Source: Lentisphaeria bacterium (GTDB lineage Bacteria > Verrucomicrobiota > Lentisphaeria > Oligosphaerales > CAITYL01). From it: DNA of 64,000 bases. Shown piece by piece: positions 32,801 through 39,800 of the stretch. The DNA lies in contig JBAZOO010000003.1 of NCBI GenBank assembly GCA_041648735.1, forward strand, positions 53,670 to 117,669. The letters run 5' to 3'. The notes under the pieces were generated by a model. The model saw nothing but the letters and a program-made list of their open reading frames with translations. It made no database searches and was not told the origin of the DNA. Each line of letters starts with the position of its first letter. The stretch's first letter is position 1. The translations under genes and the position numbers were made by a program.

Positions 32801-33946
32801 CGGGTGAGCCGCCAGCCACGCTTCCCGTTCGCGTCGCCATTGTTCGAGTCTTGGCTTTGGGATGGAATCCGCAAGGCGGAAGGTGACAAAGAAGGCTGTG
32901 CCGGGCTGTGTCCAGTGGGGCAGCCGGCGTTCTCGGATATCGACTGGTTCGTAGGGATTGAAGTACAGAGTATCGTTGGCCCAAGATGATGGTGGGGCAA
33001 GAGTGGGGCAGCCGTCTCGGTTGCCATTTGCCTTTTCGGAATCCGCAAGCGGGACGCCACCCCTTTGCAGAGGCTCCAAGTGCGCGTAGGTCGGGTAGAA
33101 GGTTGCCAACTCCTTGCGCGCCTCGTTCAGCACCCAGCGTCCCCAGGCGCGGACGTGCCAGGCGAGGTCGGCCTTGGGGGCGCGCCCGGAGTCCGGCTTG
33201 ACGAAGCCCGGGATCCAGCTCTCATCTTCCCTGAGCTGTTTCCTCGTCTTCTTCGTGCGGCCGACCAGCTCCGGGTGCGCCCGGTAGAACTCCTCCATGA
33301 AGGCTTCGTCGGCGAGGATGAAATCCGGCAGCGGATGGGTCTTGCCCGCCAGCTTCTGCGGGTACTCCAGCGTGCACTTGAGGATGAACCAGGCGACCGG
33401 GTTGATGTCCACCGCCGTCGCCTCGCAGCCGAGCCGCATCGCCTCGAGCGGGATGGCCCCGCCACCCGCGAACGGGTCGAGCACGCGCGGCGCGCGGCCG
33501 CCATAGGCCTTGCGGATTTCGTCCCGGAACCATTGCAGTTCCTGCTCCCGGTGCGCGACGATCGCCCGGTGCTCCTTGAGCTTGCTCGCACCGCCGGATT
33601 TCGGCTCGGTGCCGATCCAGTTCAGGATGCCGCCCTCGACTTCCTCCTTGACCACCTCAATCACCTTGCCATCCGGCATCTTCTTGCGCTCGGTCGTCTC
33701 CACCACCTTGCCGCCGATGCGCTCGCACAGATCCCGGCGTTTCTCCGGCGTTCCCGGGTCGGGCAGCAGCGTCGCGATCAGCGCCGCCCGGCAAGCCGCC
33801 AGCGGCCGCCGCGCGGGCCAGATGTGCAGCGTCGAGATATGCCCATGCCGCACATTCTTCTCATGCACCGAAGTCAGCGACGCCTGCTTCAGCGGGAAGG
33901 CGTGCTCGATCAGGCGGGGGGAGTCATTGGATGGAATAGTTGACAT
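29801..33946 (-). CDS. DUF1156 / COG1743-type amino-methyltransferase with Zn-ribbon, carrying an in-frame RAYT domain and in-frame REP insertions
   Basis: N-terminus [43 protein letters not shown] (DUF1156 hallmark). SAM motif I [15 protein letters not shown] (33443-33484), Zn-ribbon CKNC...CPCC, motif IV [10 protein letters not shown] (DPPYY at 31181-31195). At 1381 aa it is about 400 aa longer than I expect for the family; the excess is explained by the insertions listed separately. Confidence 0.85.
   Translation of the reverse strand: [1381 protein letters not shown]
30242..30266 (+). repeat. REP1 half element (unit A-prime) inside MTase CDS
   Basis: CGCAAGCGGGACGCTTGCGCCACCC, with hairpin GCAAGCG-GGA-CGCTTGC. 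It encodes [10 protein letters not shown] in the MTase frame. Confidence 0.8.
30423..30482 (+). repeat. REP1 full element inside MTase CDS
   Basis: GGTGGCGCAACCGTCCCGGTTGCG ... GCAAGCGGGACGCTTGCCCCACC, two ~24-nt units in inverted orientation, each an internal hairpin. It encodes [21 protein letters not shown] in frame. Confidence 0.85.
32006..32072 (+). repeat. REP1 full element inside MTase CDS (between the two halves of the Zn-ribbon)
   Basis: GGTGGGGCAACCGTCCCGGTTGCC ATCTTCCTGCTCCACCTT CGCAAGCGGGACGCTTGCGCCACCC. It encodes [25 protein letters not shown] (aa 625-647), and the nucleotide and amino-acid coordinates agree. Confidence 0.9.
32317..32340 (+). repeat. REP1 half element at the downstream edge of the embedded RAYT
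   Basis: GGTGGGGCAAGCGTCCCGCTTGCC. It encodes [11 protein letters not shown] in the MTase frame. Confidence 0.8.
32991..33063 (+). repeat. REP1 degenerate full element at the upstream edge of the embedded RAYT
   Basis: GGTGGGGCAAGAGTGGGGCAGCCGTCTCGGTTGCCATTTGCC...CGCAAGCGGGACGCCACCCC, with a partial duplication and a 5-nt deletion in unit A-prime. It encodes [27 protein letters not shown]. Confidence 0.75.
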
Positions 33947-35083
33947 CTATGAAAGGGCCTCCACGAGAGAGAAAGCGTCCGCCAATGTGGCGACCGAAGA
34001 TCCGGGGTAGCGACGCCATGAACCTTGCCCATGCTTAGAACGTTCAACTACGACTTCCTGTCCAGTCTTGCCGGCCTGTCGCACGCGCCAATCCCATCGG
34101 CGCCAGTCCGAGGCGGTGTAGACTCCCGCCTCGTCCGCAAGCCAGTTCGGTACGGTGATGCGGGTCAAGTCGGATAGGAATTCAGACGCGGAACGAGGAC
34201 GCTTGCTGCAGTCTGGATTGGTGGTAGCCCGCACCAGCCGGGACAGTTTGCTGGAGAAGTACGGCCGGGGCGTCCTCCCGTGCTCCAGCAGTTTGCCCCG
34301 ACGTGAAAAGTCAGCGATGCCATCGTCCACTGCACGAGACTTCTCGAAAGAATCCATCGTCGAGAAAGTCAGCTTCCGCCGGCGCAATTCCGCCTTCTTG
34401 GAACGGGAGAGGTAGTGCTCGTCATGGTAGTCCAGTTGACCGTTCACCAGTTCGTACAAGACCATTCCCACTTGGTAGAGATCGGATTGGGTCAAGTACT
34501 TGGACGGCGTTTCCCATCCCTCTGGCGGAACGTATAGAACGGAGTGCTTGGATGCCTGGATCGGTTGGTCATCCCCGGCCAGCAATGCCACCGACCCAAA
34601 ATCAGAAATTCGCGGGGTGTTCCCATGAAGCAGGATATTCGCTGGTTTGAGGTCGCGGTGGACCATCTGCTGCAAGTGTAGATGGGCAACCCCGGTCAGG
34701 ATACCCGCTGTTACCCTGACCGCGTCCTGTTGACCGAGGGGACCGTCAGATATCTTCCCGAGCAGGCTAACCCCAGAGACATATTCCATCTGAAGACACA
34801 GGAACTGGGATGAGTTAACCGTCATGATCTCGGCATCAAATACTTGAACCAAGTTCGGGCAAAGGGATGGGGCTTTCGTCGCCTCCACAAGCAGTCGTGG
34901 CTCGCGCAGCACACCGGAGCGATTTTCGTGTATGTAGTCATAGACCTTGAGGAAAACATCCCGGTCAAGGTGCGTGTGGCGGGCTTTGAACGCGAACGCA
35001 TTCGCACCTTCGTGGATCTCCACTAGATCGGCATACTTTCCCGTAGCCTTCAAGGCATCACTGATCTGACCGGTTGTCGCCAT
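33947..35083 (-). CDS. Ser/Thr protein kinase (Hanks-type) with uncharacterised C-terminal domain
   Basis: VFLKV (VAIK-like Lys), catalytic loop VHRDLKPANILL, DFG as ISDFGSV, PPE (APE-like), DLYQVGMVLYEL. The stop TAG abuts the MTase ATG (33947/33946). Start MATTGQ at 35083, 1 nt after the upstream stop. A sample line is ~48% GC. Confidence 0.85.
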   Translation of the reverse strand: MATTGQISDALKATGKYADLVEIHEGANAFAFKARHTHLDRDVFLKVYDYIHENRSGVLREPRLLVEATKAPSLCPNLVQVFDAEIMTVNSSQFLCLQMEYVSGVSLLGKISDGPLGQQDAVRVTAGILTGVAHLHLQQMVHRDLKPANILLHGNTPRISDFGSVALLAGDDQPIQASKHSVLYVPPEGWETPSKYLTQSDLYQVGMVLYELVNGQLDYHDEHYLSRSKKAELRRRKLTFSTMDSFEKSRAVDDGIADFSRRGKLLEHGRTPRPYFSSKLSRLVRATTNPDCSKRPRSASEFLSDLTRITVPNWLADEAGVYTASDWRRWDWRVRQAGKTGQEVVVERSKHGQGSWRRYPGSSVATLADAFSLVEALS

Positions 35084-35084
35084 C

Positions 35085-35531
35085 TTACATGACACTCCAC
35101 GCGCAATATGTGGCTCTTTCGACATATTTCAATGCTATCGGTTTTCCACCCCAGAAGGCCGCCTCCATCGTTGCACCCGCCGTGCCCGCGAATTTCTTCT
35201 GCTTGCTGGCAACCGTCTGCGGTGCCACAAGAAGACAGGGTACACTTGCCTGCTTTGCCGCCAACTGGACTACGCATTCCATCTTGCACCGAGAGACCGA
35301 ACAACCTTTATCAACTGCTCGCAATACGGCCACTTTTTCGATCTTCTTGTCACGAATCACCGCATGGACAATGTCTTTCAGCCGCAAGAGGTTCCCCGCG
35401 TCATCATTTTCAGACTGGGGAAATGGTTGCTTTGGCACATCGAGGTTCTCAGCCCTCCCGCCACTGGCGGTACCGTCCAAGATGACCCAGACCAAGTCAG
35501 AGGCATGGATATCAACACCGAGTACTCTCAT
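35085..35531 (-). CDS. small RNase H-fold / RuvC-like protein (DUF3010-like, tentative)
   Basis: MRVLGVDIHASDLVWVIL (beta-strand with Asp, like the first strand of RNase H-like folds), KIEKVAVL....CKMECVVQLA. The resemblance to DUF3010 is from memory only. 148 aa, lower GC, abuts the kinase gene. Confidence 0.45.
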   Translation of the reverse strand: MRVLGVDIHASDLVWVILDGTASGGRAENLDVPKQPFPQSENDDAGNLLRLKDIVHAVIRDKKIEKVAVLRAVDKGCSVSRCKMECVVQLAAKQASVPCLLVAPQTVASKQKKFAGTAGATMEAAFWGGKPIALKYVERATYCAWSVM

Positions 35532-35558
35532 TGCCGGCTCCTTGTTGTCTTATCACTG

Positions 35559-35712
35559 TTACACCACCCCCGCTTCGGTCACTTGCTGCTGCGAGATGCT
35601 TACCCCACCCGTCTCAATCGTGGCCGTGATCGTTCGGGTGACGGCTTGGCTCTTGCTGAACGGGCGGACGAGCAGCTTGTCGAACGGATCCTGCACCCGC
35701 ACGAGTTGCAGT
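35559..35712 (-). repeat. orphan duplicate of the helicase 3-prime end (~154 bp)
   Basis: Aligns with 36817..36970 and includes a 46-bp identical block GGCTCTTGCTGAACGGGCGGACGAGCAGCTTGTCGAACGGATCCTG; overall identity is ~80-85% by eye. It encodes [48 protein letters not shown], versus the helicase C-terminus [48 protein letters not shown]. Confidence 0.85.
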
Positions 35713-35720
35713 GACGCGCG

Positions 35721-35734
35721 CACGGCGTGCCGTG
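35721..35734. repeat. REP2 palindrome (degenerate) downstream of RAYT2
   Basis: CACGGCGTGCCGTG, a variant of CCACGGCATGCCGTGG. Confidence 0.6.
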
Positions 35735-35792
35735 GGCGTACCGATGGGACAGCGCTAGGTGCCCCAAGTGCGCGGGATAGGGGGGGGGCAAG

Positions 35793-35808
35793 CCACGGCA
35801 TGCCGTGG
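35793..35808. repeat. REP2 palindrome downstream of RAYT2 stop
   Basis: CCACGGCATGCCGTGG, a perfect 16-bp palindrome, 26 nt beyond the RAYT2-SLOG stop. Confidence 0.8.
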
Positions 35809-35833
35809 CCGTGCGGATGGGGACTGGGGGGCA

Positions 35834-36814
35834 TCATAGGTACACCACCTCCTTTTCCGGGTTGGCCTCGGAGAGGAGGCAGGCGAGCATGCCGTCGGGG
35901 TTGAGGTTGCCCACGACGAGGCGGTCGCAGTGCTCGATGACGTACTGGTTGCACCAGACGGCGCGGCGGGCGTTGGGGGTATCGAGCCCGGCATCGAAGG
36001 GTGAGGCCAGCAACAGGCGCCCCTCGGCCAGGGCCACTTCCGCAGCACCACGGCATGCCGTGATGCCACCAACGGCATCCAACCCCCAGGGCACGACCCA
36101 GACCATGGGGCGGCGGTGTTCGAGGCAGGCCTTGAACACCGCCTGCTCCATGGGCGAGAGGAAGCCGGAAATGACCGCTTCGCCGGGCTTGAGCGGCAGC
36201 CTGCCATGCGGGTTCTCCTCGCCACGCGAGGCGAGGAAGCCCACCTTTGGCAGGTCCAGAAGGGCGCGGTTGCCGAGGTACTGTGGCTCGGCGCCCTGCA
36301 TGACAGCGGCGAAGTTCTCGGGATTGTGGCGAATGTAGGCACGAATGTTCTCTCGCGCGGCATCGTCGCGGGCCCGCATGTCGTAAAACCGGCTCTGCCA
36401 GAGCTTCTCCCCGAGGGCGCGGGTGACCGCGCCCTTGTACGAGCGCAGGATGGTTGGTATCGAGCCGGCCACTGGCTTGCCGAAGGCCTCCATACGGGCA
36501 CGGCATGCCGTGGCCCCACGTGCCGTGGCCCCGACGAGTTGCAGCAGGCCATGCACATGATTGGGCATGACCACGTACTCGTCCAAAACGGCCCGAGGGA
36601 AATGCGCCGGGATTTCGCGCCAGCACCGGTCCGCGACCTTGCCGGCCTCGTTCTGCACCATGTGCCCGCTGACGACCGTGCCGAAGACCGAGCGCATGTT
36701 CTGGGTGCAGATGGTGAGGAAATACCAGCCGGGGCTGGAGTAGTCCCAGCCCTGGAGGCGGAGGTTCTTGCGGCGCCCCACGGCATGCCGTGGGGGCGCG
36801 GAAAGCGTCGGCAT
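35834..36814 (-). CDS. RAYT (IS200/IS605-type Y1 HUH transposase) fused to a DprA/SLOG-like Rossmann domain
   Basis: N-terminal half: LQGWDYSSPGWYFLTICTQN, HUH VMPNHVHGLL, Tyr motif LWQSRFYDMRARDDAARENIRAYIRHNP. C-terminal half: VGFLASRG.....AVISGFLSPMEQAVFKACLEHRRPMVWVVPWGL...ALAEGRLLLASPF......RRAVWCNQYVIEHCDRLVVG, which resembles DprA/SLOG topology by eye. The ATG at 36814 lies 2 nt after the helicase stop. Confidence 0.7.
   Translation of the reverse strand: MPTLSAPPRHAVGRRKNLRLQGWDYSSPGWYFLTICTQNMRSVFGTVVSGHMVQNEAGKVADRCWREIPAHFPRAVLDEYVVMPNHVHGLLQLVGATARGATACRARMEAFGKPVAGSIPTILRSYKGAVTRALGEKLWQSRFYDMRARDDAARENIRAYIRHNPENFAAVMQGAEPQYLGNRALLDLPKVGFLASRGEENPHGRLPLKPGEAVISGFLSPMEQAVFKACLEHRRPMVWVVPWGLDAVGGITACRGAAEVALAEGRLLLASPFDAGLDTPNARRAVWCNQYVIEHCDRLVVGNLNPDGMLACLLSEANPEKEVVYL
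36048..36062. repeat. REP2 palindrome inside RAYT2-SLOG CDS
   Basis: CCACGGCATGCCGTG. Confidence 0.7.
36499..36528. repeat. two adjacent REP2 palindromes inside RAYT2-SLOG CDS
   Basis: CACGGCATGCCGTG (36499-36512) and CCACGTGCCGTGG (36516-36528). They encode GATARGATACR. Confidence 0.7.
36776..36795. repeat. REP2 palindrome, perfect 20-mer, at the 5-prime end of RAYT2-SLOG
   Basis: CCCCACGGCATGCCGTGGGG, within codons 7-13 of the gene (PPRHAVG). Confidence 0.85.
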
Positions 36815-36816
36815 GG

Positions 36817-39800
36817 CTACACCTCCCCCGCTGCGGTCACTTGCTGCGGCGAGATGCGCACTCCGCCAGACTCGACCGTCGCCGTGATCGTCCGGGGGAC
36901 GGTCTGGCTCTTGCTGAACGGGCGGACGAGCAGCTTGTCGAACGGATCCTGTACCCGAACCAGTTGCGGGGTCGGGGTAGCGCAGTGATAGGCCACGTAG
37001 AGCCAGTAATCGTCGCGCAGATTGCAGGCGCGGGCCCACTCGTTGTCGGTGACTTCGATCTCGCCGATGGATGCCCGCCCCTTGACCTCGATGCAGCGGC
37101 GATCAAAGGTGGGGCAACCGTCCCGGTTGCCATCTGCGGAGTTCGCAGGCGAGACGCTTGCGCCACGCTTTGGCCGCAGCGAAAGGATGTCGAACCCCGG
37201 ATTCTCGGGAAGCCCCGCAGCGCGGGCGAGTTCGGGCGTATGGACAAAGCGCACGTCCGCCCCCGACGCTTCCTCGTAGGCCTTGACCAGGTTCATGGCG
37301 ATCTGTTCGACGTTGGCATCGAGCCGTTCGCGGTCGGCCTTGGCGGCGGAGGGCACAACGAGGGCATGGGCGATGAAGTCCGTGTTGCCGGGCACCAGCA
37401 GCTCCGGTTCGCGGCGGATGATCGCCAAGGCCCGGTCCCGACGGTCGTGCAGTTCGCGCTGCTGATCCTTGATCCGGGAGAGTTCAGCGGCGGCCCCCTT
37501 GTTCCCGTCCCGCGCTTTCGGGGTGAGCTTGGCCCGCGAGGCCGCCAGTTCCGCTTCCTGGAAGTCGAAGCCACGTTCCACAAAGGACTCACGCTTGGGC
37601 AAGGCGGCCATCATCTGGTTTCGGCGGTCGACGGCCATCCCACGGCAGACCCGCTCCATGAGGTAGGCGTTGGCTTGATCGCGCAGCTTGGTTGCCGCCA
37701 CGGCCAGGCGCTGGGCCTGCGGAGGCAGCCCTTCGCCACCGCGCAGGAGCAGCAAGTGTTCCACGGGGCACAATGAAATGTCGGCCCCTTCGGTCTGACG
37801 GACTCCGACGAGACGGCACACGACGGTTTCCTCGTGAGCCAGTCGAGAAGGTGGGGCAACCGTCCCGGTTGCCGTCTTGTCGGTTGCGGAGTTCGCACGC
37901 GGGACGCTTGCGCCACACTCGGGATCGGCTTTCCGTACCACAGTCAGGCGGGCCAGGTGGAAGAGGTAGGGTTTGTCCGCCGTGGGATCGACAAAGACGG
38001 CACCCCGGAGGGCGTCCCGCCCCAGCCGCTGTCGCACCAGTTCGCGGAAACGCTCGAAGACCGGCTCGCCGGGATGCATCCAGATGCAGGACTGCCGGCC
38101 TGCCGGCGCCGCGCCCGTCGCGGCAGGCAGGTCATCCGGGCGCTGGACAGAAAGGTGCCGCGACATGGTGGGCGAATAGGCGTCCATGGCTTCAAACAGT
38201 GGATCGGCCGCCCCTTTCCTGGCGGGCACGAGATCGAAGGTTGAGCCGAGATCGCCGTCCACTTCGATGCCGACCTGCGGGGCGGCCGATTCCACAAAGC
38301 GGCGGACATAGCCGGGGAGCAGGCGGAAGAACGTTTCATGCTCGATTCCCTCGCGCAGGCGCGGCAGTTCTCTTTTGACGTCCCCGCCATCGCCATAGAG
38401 GCGCCGCTCGCGTTCCTCGATGGCCTTGACCTGTTCCTTGGTCAACTGACCGTCGAGTTCCTCGGCCACGGCCTCGGCTCCGTCCCGCAGCGCCCGCTCC
38501 ATGTAGTCCTTGATCGAGACCCCCACGAACACGCGGCCGATGCTGTCGAAGACCTTGTCGGACTTGAGCTGCTTACGGATCTTCTCCAGCTTGTCGAGCA
38601 GCGTCTTGAGCACTCGGCCTTCGCGGGTCGCGGGGGCGATCAGGTTGACGATGCACACGGGATCGTGTTTCTGCCCGTAGCGATGAATCCGCCCCATGCG
38701 CTGTTCAAGCCGGGCCGGGTTCCAGGGGATGTCGTAGTTGACCATGATCCAGCAGAACTGGAGGTTGACGCCCTCGGCGGCGGCATCGGTACAAACCATC
38801 AGCCGCGCTCCCCCCTCGGCGGCGGGAAGGCGGAAACGCTCGATCTGGTCTTGGCGCTCCGTGAAGTGCATGCCGCCGTGAATCTGGGCGATGTGGCCCG
38901 CGTATCCCATGCCGCCGAGTCGGCGCACCAGGAAGTCCATGGTGTCGCGATGCTCGGTGAAGATGAGCATCTTCTCCTGGACGTAGCGGCTGTCCGTGAT
39001 CACTTCACGCAGTCGGTCGAACTTGGACTCGACTCCGGCGTCATGGACGTGCTGGGCGAGGTTACGAAGCGCGACGACCTGTTCGCGTTCCGCGAGGAGT
39101 TCCGCCAGGGACTCGGCGATGACTCCCTGGAGCAGCGTGTCTTCGGCCGCCTCATTCTCCTCGACCCCTTCGGTGGTGCTCTCCTCGTCGGCCGCCTTCG
39201 ACTCGAAGACATCGTCGTCCTCTTTGATCCGGCACTGAAGGGTGAGCAACTGTTCGATGGTGAGTCGTCCAGCCTGGATGTCCTCGATGATCTGGTCCAG
39301 CTTGCCGAGACGACGTTTGAAGGAACACAGCAGCGCATAGGTCGAACTGGCCAGGCGGCGCTGGAACACCCCCATGGCCAGGCGGGCGGCGGACTGGTTG
39401 AGCACCTTGGCCTTGTTGTAGACGTGGCGCAGGTACTCGGTGGTCTCGTCGTAGAGACGCTGCTCACCGACTTCGCCAGCGGAAAGCTGGAAACCGAGGG
39501 TGTCGCATTGCCGGATCGGGTACAGAGGCTGACCGTCCAGGCGAACCATCTCCTCCTTGGTACGGCGGATGAAGTAGTGCTGCCGTCGCTCGGTCGGGAA
39601 GTGCTCGAAGGCCTCGAGCGTCGTCAGGACGTCGGGTTCGAGCAGCCGCCAGAGCGCGTAGTACGGGTAGTCCTTGCCCATGTGCGGCGTGGCGGTCAGG
39701 AGAAGCAAGTGGTGGGCATGCCATGGCAGAGAAAAGGTGGGGCAACCGTCCCGGTTGCCATCTTTCGTGGGGCAACCGTCCCGGTTGCCATCTTTCGCAA

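Larger units (their letters stand above)
32317..33063 (-). mobile_element. REP-associated tyrosine transposase (RAYT, IS200/IS605 Y1 HUH family) domain plus flanking REP1 hairpins, inserted in frame in the MTase gene
   Basis: MTase aa ~296-545: [24 protein letters not shown]..., HUH motif [10 protein letters not shown], Tyr motif [30 protein letters not shown]. It is bounded by REP1 copies at 32317-32340 and 32991-33063. The frame and strand are the same as the host ORF, with no stop codons. Confidence 0.75.

Noticed and set aside
35761-35792. G9 run (GGGGGGGGG at ~35781-35789) and other short homopolymers near the RAYT2 stop
   Set aside because: There is a single occurrence in non-coding DNA and no evidence of function. 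It may simply be part of the REP2 flank.
39736-39796. Two adjacent 30-31-nt identical repeats (GGTGGGGCAACCGTCCCGGTTGCCATCTTTC) that might look like a mini CRISPR array
   Set aside because: There are only two units, directly abutting with no spacer, inside an ORF. They belong to the REP1 inverted-repeat element family, and no cas genes are present in the window.
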